From Styela clava (taxonomy: Eukaryota), in contig NC_135259.1 of the NCBI RefSeq assembly GCF_964204865.1, forward strand, positions 15,748,001 to 15,812,000: DNA of 64,000 bases, in the 5' to 3' direction. The number at the start of each line of letters is the position of its first letter. Position 1 is the stretch's first letter. Position numbers and translations under genes: made by a program. This document shows positions 27,169 through 38,652 of the stretch, piece by piece. The notes under the pieces were generated by a model. That model had not been told where the DNA came from. It saw only the letters and a list, made by a program, of their open reading frames with translations, and made no database searches.

Positions 27169-27953
27169 CTGGATCTAACAGCGGATATAAAAGTGCTTGC
27201 GAGTCGTTAGAAATCTCGTTTTCATTTGCATGAAGTGAGTACTTCAAGAGAAACGTGAACGGAACGGTCGGAAGTGGGTTAGGGGGATTCGCTTGTATAC
27301 TCCTGCAGTGCTGACGAAAATCTTTATCTACGATGAAGCTGAAACCATCTTCAGGGAATACAGAGAAACCTCTAGGTCTGATTATGGATATCACACAGTT
27401 AACCGTACTATTCAGAGGAACCCACATCACTTTTTCCATTGGAAAAGTTCTTTCGAATTTTATTGAAGAGAATCTCCGCTCAATTTGTTTTTTTAGTTCC
27501 TTTTCGTCGAGAGTAAAAGTGGAAGTGAAGTTTCCATTTTTGTCGTGGTAGACCGAGTTGCTGACATAGATTTTAGAAAAGCAAACATAATTTATCGCTT
27601 TTTTGATAGTAATCAAAAATTCAGTGAAGTGATTAATTTCCAAATTAATTTTTCTGTCAGCCGTAAAAGCTTTTTCAAAGAACAACCAGGGAGAGTCATG
27701 GGATTTTTTGCTGAAGACTCGAAATCCTGCATTTGAGTTAGCAAGCCATGTCTTTATGTCAAGTTCCACGGTTCTCTGAAATTGCGTTCCTTCAGGCTCA
27801 CATTTAATCACGGGAAATACTTGAATGTGGTCGTCGATATCTAGAATCGCCATAGGATCGTAGTTCAGCGATAGTGAAATCTCGATGTAAGTGCTCTCTC
27901 CGGAATAATGAGTCTGCAATCTCCAACTTCAATATTTCCACCGGCAGAACCAA
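27169..27953 (-). pseudogene. ZU5 (plus UPA-like) exon with a frameshift
   Basis: IGSAGGNIEVGDCRLIIPERAL in one frame, then EISLSL...VFPVIKCEPEGTQFQRTVEL...W...EINHFTEF in ORF 26897..27919. These are typical ZU5 motifs (GGxL..LxIPxGAL; SPVIxCxPxGxxFxxPVxL; HFS/T). Confidence 0.85.
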
Positions 27954-28884
27954 CTGCAATCCAAAATTAAAAGGAGCAGACAGTTAATGAATTTTGACGC
28001 AATCCGATTCGTTTCACATCATTAAATTTAGCAAGTTCATTTAAGATCTGCACGTCTGGCCGGCACTATTTCGTGAGTGGTTATGAGGTTGCTCGTAATT
28101 AAAATGAGTTCACTAAAATTTTCCGTTTTCATTTTATGGATTGTAGAGATGAAAAATCAAGAGTATATATATGTGCTGGGGGTAGTGTGTTGAAATTTTT
28201 ATTTTTGGTCAATTGAAAAGAAACTGTCGATAAACAGTGATTTTCCGATAATCGGCAAATTTTTCGCTGTCGTAAAGGAAACGAAATATCAATCCGGACC
28301 TTCGGTGAAAGGATGAAATAAAGAATAAATAGTAGGGTGGCGGGATATAAAGACAGACAGACAGAGCGATTGCGAATGAGAATCTTATAAAGCGGAGATA
28401 CTGACTTTCTCTTGATTTCTTTACAAATAAATGTTTCATCTTCAATTCTTGTGAATCCCCGAAGGTAATTATCAAATTCTGAAAAAAAAAAATCATTTTT
28501 GTGTCAAATAGTTAAAACTCAGAAAATCTATTCACGTGCCAGTGTATTAATTAGTTTTTCTATTATTCTGGAAAATGAGAGAGCTATGCACAAACATGTG
28601 GGCACTGGGGAAAAAAATGAAAATTTTATCATTAATTCCCCGAAAATCATATGCGGTAACTTACCAGTAGCCGTATCGGGAAGCGGATAACTCGACTACA
28701 CGGACAACTCATCATCCACAAATCGATTATGCAGGGTACCGTACTAATCCCCGCAAAAAATATCCAATTTCGGCAGTAATTGAAGGATTTTTTCAAACCG
28801 ATAGTAAGAAATATTCTAATATAAAGAACAACAACATAATAAATAACAAAACGATCCAAAGAACCCAATAGAAACACTAGTTAC

Positions 28885-31216
28885 GGGATTCAATCCCTCA
28901 TTTAGAGCCTCTTGAAGAACATTTATGCATTTATCACTCGGCTGACGATGTAACAGCTCCAAGCGTTCGGTAACGGATGATATTAGCGTAGGTAGAAGTC
29001 CTTCAGACTCGTCGTCTTTATTTAATCTGTCTCCACTGCTGATGTCAAGGTGTTTTATCTAGTCAAAAGGAAAACATCACTCAATCTTTGCAGTCTACAT
29101 AATGAAGACGCATCTTGGTAATTTAAAAAGTAAAAGTAATATATTTGTTTTCGAGGCTATCTCTGGAAATCAAATGTATTTTAAAATTAGACAATAGACA
29201 TGTTCATTTATTTGTTGCAATAAAAGCAGTAGTGTTGGTTCTACGCCACGACCACAAGTAAGGCTATATATATTGTGTACTAGTAGAAGATTTGTAATAT
29301 GTGTTCAAATTGTACCACTGTTTCCACTTTTTACCTATTTATTACGTGGATTAGATGTATAACTTGTAAACTGTGAACTATGGAATTCATAGATTTTGCT
29401 TGTTTAAGCTTAGATATCTGTAGAATTGGAATGACACAAGGCTGAATAAATATATGTTTTATTATATTTATTTTCCTTTTGCGCATAATATTAAATATAA
29501 AAAAAAATACAAAACTCTAAAATTTCTTGTTTTTTTTGTAAATTACTTGCCTTTATATCAGTAAATAAATAAAAGATAGCTGGAGATAAAGGTTGATTGG
29601 AACGCATTCTTAATGTGTTTAATTTGCAATCTTTAACAATTCCCATCACATGTTCGCACCCTGTAGCTCCCAATTGGTTGAAGCTGATGTCAAGTTCTTT
29701 GAACTGAAACAGTATTGGCACTCATATTAGTCATCTAGAGGTTTTAAAAATAAACTGAGCAACAAAAAATAATAATAATGAAATAAGTGAAATTTTTTCA
29801 AATAGATTAATCTCAATAGCAGTAACTTAAATATTTAGCTGACAAAATATTTCCTCACCTCAGCATTTCTGAGCGATATTTTAAAATTTTCCAGGTGATA
29901 AGCCGTCAGATCGCACCGACTTATGTTAATTTTTTGCAATTTGTTTTGTTGAATTAATTTCCCAAGAGTTGCCATACCAGCAACACCAATATTATAGTTT
30001 TCGCTGATGGTTAGATTCTTCAACTGAAAAAAATAAGTAAATCACACAAAAAAAAATATTTATGACCTATGGTATGTTTTATGCAAATGTATCCATTCGT
30101 AATTTCGTTCGATAAAAACTTTTACTTTTAGTTTGTTTAAATGTATATAGAATTGACAACTCATTCCAGTACGCTCATATGATTTATTCATATTAGATTA
30201 TGAATCAGAAAAACGACACAAAAAGGAGGCCGACCGTAATATATCGAAAAGATTTTTCGAAAACTTCCAAATGCTGAGGAGTCAAGGCACACTCGCTTGC
30301 ATCCAGATTTTCAACCTTGCAATTTTCGACAATATTTCCCAAGGACTCAATCCCTTTCATTCCCATGTCCTTGTTGAACACTACGCTTAATTCCACAATC
30401 TGATAAAACCAAAGAAGTTTATATAAAACACAAGAATCTTTAGAAAATTTGCCATTATATGATTATACATGTTTATTTTTCATGATTATTGATGAATAAT
30501 CCCGTAACTGTACCGATCAACTATGTTTTATATATATATTAATAATAAAACATGAATAGACAGACTACTTAGAAATATACAGCTACAAAAAATATCAGAA
30601 ATGAAGAAAAGAAATTAAACTAGTTAAACATTGGAAGGTATAAGCCCAGTAGCAAAAAAAAAAGAATTCGACTTGTCGAAGATTGCAACAATTTTTCAAA
30701 AAGATACCGTATGTAGGTTCACTACATCTTCAATAAATATCCGTCTCAGAGATAAAAATCTTTGTATCTTGCAGCGCAGTCTTCAACTCAATCATCTCTA
30801 GATCATTAAGACTGCACATATTCAAAGTCAGTTTCTTGCTGTCACAATGATTAACTATTTTTCCCAAACATTTGACACCTTATCCTTTCATATTCCAATT
30901 TTGACTGAAATTCACTTCGTGTATCTTGAAAATACAGAAAACTAATATAACCATCGCTAAATATAGCATACACTCTTTTCCTCACTCTCTCAAAGAATAA
31001 AAATAAATAGACGTTAAGAGTGTAAGTGTACCGTAATTGTTGAATTTCTTAGTCTCTCATAAAGCGTCTGTAGACTTCCAGCTGTCAGTTTGCATGATGA
31101 TAGTTTGAGGCTTTCAACACGTGGCAGCAACTGCATAAAAGAACCCACGATGTCCATCTTGCTACTCATTGATAGATCCACAGATGACAAATTAAGATTT
31201 TTCAGTCGTGTGGATC
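28885..31216 (-). pseudogene. Six ribonuclease-inhibitor/NLR-type LRR exons (three of 165 nt, others 153-185 nt; all with phase-0 donors)
   Basis: LKNLNLSSVDL...VESLKLSSCKLT; IHEVNFSQNWNM...LTLNMCSL; IVELSVVFNKDMG...LDASECALT; LKNLTISENYNIG...INISRCDLT; FKELDISFNQLG; IKHLDISS. Confidence 0.88.
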
Positions 31217-31880
31217 CTGCTATATGCATGTGAAAATATATCCTTCGATTAAAAATAATATTGCATGTCAACATCAGATCATATTGAATTTCTGAACCTT
31301 AATTATTTTTTCTCATTTTAGTGAGATTTTTAGCGCTGCGAACCCGTCACATACAGTCGACAATGTCCGCGAGACTCGCATTTCCAAAACCGATTGGCCA
31401 AAGTTTTTAGCAGTTCAAGCACAAGTCAAAGTAATTTGTCCTTTACTCAATTGACCCCACCAACCGTGTCCCCGTATAAAAAACATTGGGAGCAGAATAC
31501 AGAAACTAAAAAGACATTTAATTTATTATGTGTGTTGTAATACGTTCGTAACATTTTTGGAGATTGCTTGCATTGACAACAGTGTGGCGCTGTTTCTAAA
31601 AACATAAAAACAGGCCTTATTAAGTTTTGCACTTTTTAGTCAATAATGTTTCACCAAACAAATACACTTTTCCATATTAAGCAAACCATTTATGTCAATT
31701 GTGTCATCAGAGATTATTTTTTCTCGCGGTCGATTTAGGCTACAGCTGTTTTTGAAAAGTCATGTATTGAAAACAACGTGGACTTAATGTAATCCGTAAG
31801 TGTCAAAATCCTAAATATATTATGTAAAAACTAATTCAGCAACATAAAATTTTTGCATGAACTCAACTCTATGTCAAGAG

Positions 31881-32711
31881 CACATCGTCACGCTAATAAC
31901 TGAATTGCGTAAGTCATTTTTAGCAGTTTTGAGAAAAACGTAAAAAACTTCCTAATGATATTGTTATGCAATTGAGAGTCAATAATTTGCCATGGTTCAA
32001 TTTTTTGATCGTAGCCGGATTTAAGTTAATTTGTATGACGCAGTTAAGTGACGTCATAATGGCGCACTGTGACTTAGGAAGAAATGTGAAAAGACTTGGG
32101 GACATACGCAATTTTGAATCTTTACTATATGCACCAGTCCTGAAAACTAAACATTCCAAAAACGAATGTAATTCTCACTATCTACAATGTCTAATCCCCA
32201 AAATAGCTAATCAGTTTCAATTGCATTACTTTTTATGTTTAAAAATATATGTTTCATCAATATAACATGTTCTGCACACCCACCGAAATGAGAATGAGAA
32301 TAAATATAAAGAATATAACAGCAATGCACCCAATATAAAAGCCAACCAAGGTGAATTGGACTCGGACAGTGAATATCACAAGTGCACGTCTTCCTATACT
32401 GTGGTATAAATTCAAATTAATACGCGCTAAGCTAGAATCCGAGATGCAAAAACTGGAAAATACTTAGCCGAGATTATTTTGCCTTTGTGACGTCACAATA
32501 GTCCTGCGGTAAACATGATAATTCATTGTGACGAAACAATTGAACAAATGTGCATGTCAAAATCTCCATTTTTATAGGTTCCGGAATACTTAAAATAAAA
32601 TCTGAGTTAACAGACAGGTGCGCAGCCTTACACAAAAAAAAACCTATTTTAATAAAAACTCAAAATCGCCAAAAATGACTTACGCAATTCGGTTATTAGC
32701 GCGACGACATG
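31881..32711. mobile_element. Non-autonomous DNA transposon with ~50-bp TIRs, in an intron of gene 2
   Basis: cacatcgtcacgctaataactgaattgcgtaagtcatttttagcagttttgag versus the reverse complement of ctcaaaatcgccaaaaatgacttacgcaattcggttattagcgcgacgacatg. Confidence 0.8.
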
Positions 32712-33179
32712 TATCAGCAAGTAGTAGTGTAGTTGTAGTATCTTCTCAGTATTTGTAATTTGGTCAGTATATGCCAATTTCATTTATTTTTAAAATAAAA
32801 ATTGTACCACAGAGCTACATCTTCGTTGTAACAGTGCAAGGTTATTCTAGTTTCTTACCGAACAGTGTTTTCGCGTTCTCCATATTCTTATGCAAGGACT
32901 CCAGTGCTTTAAATAGACTCTCCCCTTCTTTGGTTAAGATGTCTTCATGTAGATTCCCTGGCGCATCGCTGCTCGCCATTTTAAATAATACTGCTAAAAT
33001 GTTAACGGCTGCGAAATAGGAAACAACACAAGTGCATCTAGCTCAGCTGAAAAATACTTGTGCGTTTTAGGTAAATGTAATATGTTGTATTTATTTATAA
33101 ATACCGTTTTTGCCCCACTGCGCGGGTGAGGCCAGGGTTACTGGCAAATTTACATGTTAATTATATAAAAGTGCATAAA

Positions 33180-33698
33180 AACTTTACGCACGATCAACCA
33201 ACCATGAGCAGTGTCTTTTAATGTGTCAATAGAAAGCCTGCGCTTTCAAACCGTTAAATATATACATAACCACAAATAGAACTTGGCGCCGGGTAAGTTA
33301 TATTTCAAACATCTCATTGAAAATCACATTATCCGGATTACTCATACAAGTTTGTGTAAGTGCCAGATGATACAAAAATATTCTTCTATGCATTTGAATG
33401 TTTACAAACAATCTGACCAGAAATATTTTACGACCTCGAACTAACCTTTGAATCAACTATACATAAACTCGAAACATATGCTTGTAATCAGCCCTCCATA
33501 CATCAGATAAAAGCAAAGTTCGAAATTTGTTCGACGTCCTCCGCGTACAAAATTCAACAAACCGTGGCAACCGATACGGTCTGCTACTTATCAAAAGCGA
33601 ATTCGTACGTAACAATTTAAGGCTAAATGAAAGCCTTTTGACAGCACCGCCGAGGGAACTTTGTTTTCAAAAGTTTTCTCATGGGCTTGTTGTTAAAC
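33180..33698 (-). pseudogene. NACHT relic, 3' part (downstream of the LTR element)
   Basis: SLLISSRPY (sensor-1-like, 33577-33600) is in frame with the 5' part across the reconstituted empty site; AHGWLIVRKVF is HD2-like. Many stops and no Walker B. Confidence 0.5.
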
Positions 33699-33966
33699 TG
33701 TCAAGATTTATTTTTGTCAGGATTAGACCGAGGTTCTATGCACACATTAAACTTGATCCAAATATTCATCAGCCGGACGAACGGCCTTTATTAAACAGTA
33801 TACAGTAAGATTCAGCACGATATAATTACACAGTTCAATAGACAGCAGTCCTAGACAAAGAAGCCCGTGACCAACATATTCAGGCTTCACGTCACTTCTC
33901 AATTATTGCGTCATAATTACTTTAATGGAAGTCAACGTAAACAAGTCTGTAAATCATGATACAACA
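33699..33966 (-). repeat. 3' LTR (268 bp)
   Basis: Direct repeat of 38382-38652 with about 8 substitutions and one 3-bp indel by eye. Confidence 0.95.
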
Positions 33967-33981
33967 TCTCCCTTTCTTTTT
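33967..33981 (-). other. Polypurine tract
   Basis: AAAAAGAAAGGGAGA on the minus strand immediately before the 3' LTR. Confidence 0.9.
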
Positions 33982-34159
33982 AAAGTGATTAATATGACGC
34001 ATTATTTATATTCAATATTAACATTTAAAACGTCATAAACATATAATCAAATCCTAGTCCCTATCTAGCTACTAGTAGAGGGTAGACTACCTCTGCAGCA
34101 TACAAGCTTTGAGGATTATTCTGCCTCGATGTAAAGCTTGTCACCTATCGGACTAGAAA

Positions 34160-36065
34160 TTACATTTCTTCAATGCATCGTCTTGGCGATCGACGTATTC
34201 TATTTGACCTCCTTACACTAGGCTGTGTAGGATGTACGTTATTGTCTCTTGAAAAATTATGATTCTCATCCTCTTCTCTGGACGATATATGTGTTGGTTC
34301 AAAAACATCTTCTGCATCCTGAGTATCTCCTAACATTCTTCTAGTCATACGTCGTTTTCTCCGAACTGTACCTTTCGGAGTCTCAATCAAAACTGATCTT
34401 GGAGCAAAGTGTCGGCTTAACACTCTCCCTTCAGTTCTCAAATCTGGTATCCAAATTCTGTCGCCCGGAGATAAGTCATCGCCCTGAACAACTCTGTGTC
34501 GACGATTATAATCATTTGTCATTTTACTCCTATATTCTCTCTCTCTCTGACAAAGTTTAGAGTATTCCGGAACTTTCGGTATAAGTTCGTCTGGATGGCA
34601 TGGTACTCTAGTTTTCAGCTTTCTGCCCATACGCAGTTGTGAAGGCGAATATCCATTATGCAATGGAGTATTTCGATATGTCAGCAATGCGAGATATTCA
34701 TCATCGCACTTGTTCAGAATTGCCTTCATCGTCTGGACAGCTCTTTCAGTTTCACCATTTGACTGACTATATTTCGGTGATGACGTAATGTGCTCAAAGT
34801 TCCATTTCTTAGCAGATTCTTTAAACAGTCTTGAATCAAACTGTGGACCATTGTCTGAAAATAATACGTCACAAATACCATGGCGACTAAAAATCTTCTT
34901 CATTTTCAATACAGTTTCCGCTGTATCAACATTCTTGGTCACGATGCAAATTTCTACATCGCGAGAATAATAATCAACTGCTAGAAGATAGCTGTTTCCT
35001 TTGTAATAGAAAAAATCAGCGCCAATTCGTGACCATGGTCTCTTCGGAAATTCTGTTCCTCTCATTGGTTCGATTCGATCTCGTCTATATTTCTCACAAA
35101 GATTGCAGTTTCTCACAACTTTTTCAATATCACGAGACAGTCCTGGCCACCAAACAGAATTCTTCGCATGTTCACGCGATTTACTCACACCTTGATGTGC
35201 ATCATGTAAATATCTCAATATGTCTGTTCGGAGTACTTCTGGAATCACGAGCCTGTTTCCCTTCATCAAAAGATCATCATGTATATTGAAGTTCGCTCGC
35301 TCGTTCCAGTACTTATTCACAGGACCGTATAATTGCTTTTTGTTTTCCGGCCATCCAAATTTAACATTGTGCATTACAACTTTTATAATGTCGTCTTTCT
35401 TCGATTCACGTCTAATTTCATCCAATCTGGAGTTTGAAGCAGGCAAGTTAACCATTATGGATTGAACATAACAGTTCGTATCAGCTAACAACTGATTATC
35501 TTCGTCTAACTCTTGGATAGGTCCTCGGGACAATGCGTCAGCGGTGTATAGCATTTTACCCGGAACGTGCACAATTGTAAAATCATATTTCATTAACCTC
35601 ATTCGAAATCTTTGTACTCGAATGGGTAGCTCATCTATCATCTTCGTAGATAACAGTGGTACAAGAGGTTTGTGGTCTTTCTCAATTTTCAGACTCTTCA
35701 ATCCTATCAGCATAATTTGCCAATGTTCCATAGACCACGTAATAGCTAACGCTTCTTTCTCAATCTGAGCGTATCTGGACTCTGTTTCAGTCATAGATCT
35801 ACTTGCATAAGCGACAGGTCTGAGCTCTCCTGAAGCTTGCTTTTGAAGCATAACAGCTCCAAGTCCATATCCACTTGCGTCAGCAGATACAACGATTTCC
35901 AATTCTGGATTGTACATTGCAAGTATTCGATCTGACGTTAGTTCCTCCTTTACTTTCTCAAATGCCTTTTCCTGTATTGGGCCCCAACACCAAGCATACT
36001 TTTTCTTCAAAAGATCACGTAAAGGTTTCGTATGTTCTGACAAATCAGGAGTAAGTTTCATCAAT
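34160..36065 (-). CDS. pol: pol: RNase H plus integrase (frameshifted from RT near 36065)
   Basis: ADASGYGLGAVM, YAQIEKEALA, DHKPL, ADALSR; integrase HDAHQG..C..C, ADFF, SDNGPQF, GETERAV. Confidence 0.93.
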
Positions 36066-37295
36066 CTGATTCGCCATTCCCAAAAATCGCCTGAGCGCTG
36101 AAACATCAGTAGGAGTTGGAAAATCGTTTATGGCTTTAACTTTTTCGGGATCTTTACAAATTCCTTTCTCCCCAATTATTTGGCCTAAATATTCAAGTTT
36201 CGTAGCATGGAACACGCATTTATCAATGTTTAGCGTCATACCCTCTTCTTGGAGTCGATCCAGAAGTTGTTTTAAACATTCATCATGCTTCACAGCGTCA
36301 GTACTCAAAATTATGTCATCCATGTGACAAGTCGTATTGGAAAATCCATCCAAAATGTGGTTCATTCGTTTTTGGTACAATTCTGGGGCGGATGAAATCC
36401 CATAAGACAGCCTCCGGAACATGAATCTTCCAAATGGCGTAATAAACGTCGTCAGTTTACGACTTTCTGGGTCAAGCTCGATTTGGTAAAATCCGGAATT
36501 CGCATCCAACTTGGTGTAAACTGAACCTTTTGCTATTCTTCCCAAAGTGTGTTCTACAGTGGGCATTGTGTATATTTCACGTTTTACCGCTTCATTAAGC
36601 TTGGTCAAATCAACGCACATTCTAATTTCACCACTGGGTTTTGGTACGACTACAATCGGCGCGCACCACTCACTTGGTTCGTCGATGGCTTCGATAACAT
36701 CTAGTTTCACCAAGCGGTTTATTTCAGCCTCTACTTTTCCTAGTAGGGGTATCGGAATTCTACGAGGTGTTGTCACACAAAAAGGCTTCGCTTCATCTTT
36801 TAAACGAATTGTATGTTCACCTTCCAATTTACCCAGTCTATTAAATAATTTGGAATATGCTTTCAAAACATCCTCCTTAGTGCGGAGTGAAGGTACGTTT
36901 TCCCGTGAGCCTTTCTTGCAATCAACTATTTTTACAGTATATGTACCTTTGACCTCATGTATTAAACCCAATTTCTGTATGGCTGGTATCCGCAATAGGC
37001 GTTTCGATGCTTTTCGCACCACATATACTTTTTCGGTGACCTCGATTTTGTCATGTGTCATCGTCATCCCCACATAGCCAACTACGTCTAGTTTGACACC
37101 ACCAGCTCCGAATAATTCTTTATCGGTCACTGTTATTTCACCAAAAGGCGTTTTACACACATTTTCGGGCATCACCGAAACTTGTGCACCAGTATCTATG
37201 CACCAAACAAGTTCTTCATTTTCGGTTCCAGCTTTTAGTTTAATAAATCACCCTGGATCATTAGAAAATTTCCTTTTCATACGCTTTCTGCGTTT
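36045..37295 (-). CDS. pol: pol: aspartic protease plus reverse transcriptase (with premature TGA)
   Basis: WCIDTGAQVSV upstream of ORF 36045..37175 in the same frame as gag; RMCVDLTKLN, KLDANSGFYQI, HMDDII, LRRFLGM. Confidence 0.93.
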
Positions 37296-38186
37296 TCAAG
37301 ATCGATTTATAGTACCCACAAAATCAGATTTTGGCTTGCTAGGGCTTTTTATTTCCCCAACATTGATCGGAACTCTGCTTTGACAAACATAATAAAAATG
37401 ACCAACCTTGTGGCATTTGTTGCATTTCTTGTGAGCAGCTGGGCAGTTATCTTTCCCGGCATGGTGCTTGTAATTGCAATATCGGCATTTGGTCCTGCTC
37501 TGGTCAGTGCTTATCCTAGCCCGACCTCGATATTTCTTCATTGGTCTTTGTTCTCTTCTTTCGTCTTCTTCTATGGCATCAATCATAGCTGTCTTTGTTT
37601 CGTTTAGTTCTCGACTGGTTGCTTCTTTCAGGGATAAAATTTGTATCACTTTTTCTAACTTAAGTGAGGCACCTGCATCATATAATTTCAGTTTTGTGGC
37701 ATCGTCGCGACAAGAAAACGTCAGCTTATCGCGTATTGCTTCATTCACAAAATCGGCAGGAAACTTACACTCTTGCGCCATATGACGGATTGCGTTTACC
37801 CATGCATCGAAAGTCTGGTCAGGCTCCCGATTTAATTTCAACCAAAATTTCTCACGCAACATAAGCTGCGGATCACGTTTTGTGAAATATTCATCAAATT
37901 TCTTGATCACGGTTTCATAGTCATCGCGATCTTCTGCAGGCAAAGCATCGCCGCCGCTTGGATTTGGCCTTTCCGCAAAAAATGTAAAATTTGCAAAAAT
38001 GTCTATTCCCTGATCGCCAATATGGTTTAAAAAAAGTCCAATCTTTTGTTTCGCCGGTTTCTCCGACATACCAGTAGCTTGTAGATAAATTCGAAATTTT
38101 CGATTCCATTTTTCCCATATCTGCGATGGATTTCCGCAAGCTTTTATATCAAGGCCATTTGGAGGTTTTACACAACCTTCAGCCAT
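37296..38186 (-). CDS. gag: gag with two zinc-knuckle motifs
   Basis: WEKWNRKFRIY; CRYCNYKHHAGKDNC and CNKCHKVGHFYYVC. Confidence 0.9.
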   Translation of the reverse strand: MAEGCVKPPNGLDIKACGNPSQIWEKWNRKFRIYLQATGMSEKPAKQKIGLFLNHIGDQGIDIFANFTFFAERPNPSGGDALPAEDRDDYETVIKKFDEYFTKRDPQLMLREKFWLKLNREPDQTFDAWVNAIRHMAQECKFPADFVNEAIRDKLTFSCRDDATKLKLYDAGASLKLEKVIQILSLKEATSRELNETKTAMIDAIEEDERREQRPMKKYRGRARISTDQSRTKCRYCNYKHHAGKDNCPAAHKKCNKCHKVGHFYYVCQSRVPINVGEIKSPSKPKSDFVGTINRS

Positions 38187-38363
38187 TACGCTTTGGGTCT
38201 TCGTAGCCTAATCCGGCTTCCCAAAGTATTGTAAATATCTTACTGTAATCGAGTACCTTCAGTCGCGCGATAACTCTTCAATCACTGCGACGCTGTAAAA
38301 TCGTTGTCCTACGATTTCAAGTTTTAAAATCGTCCGGTAGTCTTCAGGATTGCTTTAATCAGC

Positions 38364-38381
38364 ATCCCACTTCTGACACCA
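38364..38381 (-). other. Primer-binding site complementary to the 3' end of tRNA-Leu
   Basis: TGGTGTCAGAAGTGGGAT directly after the 5' LTR; matches the ...ATCCCACTTCTGACACCA end of metazoan tRNA-Leu(CAA) as I recall it. Confidence 0.85.
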
Positions 38382-38652
38382 TGTCAAGATTTATTGTTGT
38401 CAGGATTAGACCGAGGTTCTATGCACACAATAAACTTGATCCAAATATTCATCAGCCGGACGAACGGCCTTTTTTAAACAGTATACAGTAAGATTCAGCA
38501 CGATATAATTACACAGTTCAATAGACAGCAGTCCTAGACAAAGAAGCCCGTGACCAACATATTCACGTCCCTTCACGTCCCTTCTCAATTATTGCGTCAT
38601 AATCACTTTAATGGAAGTCAACGTAAACAAGTCTGTAAATCATAATATAACA
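38382..38652 (-). repeat. 5' LTR (271 bp)
   Basis: TG...CA termini; direct repeat of 33699-33966. Confidence 0.95.

Larger units (their letters stand above)
33699..38652 (-). mobile_element. Full-length, defective Ty3/Gypsy LTR retrotransposon (Mag/K02A2.6-like)
   Basis: Two ~270-bp TG...CA LTRs; 6-bp TSD TTAAAC (33693-33698 and 38653-38658); PBS; PPT; gag-PR-RT-RH-IN domain order. Confidence 0.97.

Noticed and set aside
26897-27919. 340-aa ORF taken as a single-exon gene
   Set aside because: It reads through an intron (27061-27168) and starts out of frame with the ZU5 N-terminus; it is part of gene 2.
34788-37864. Plus-strand ORFs up to 176 aa inside the retrotransposon
   Set aside because: Antisense shadows of gag-pol with no motifs of their own; no env-like ORF.
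38406-38588. 60-aa ORF in the 5' LTR, and ORF 33527..33808 crossing the 3' LTR edge
   Set aside because: Chance ORFs in LTR sequence.
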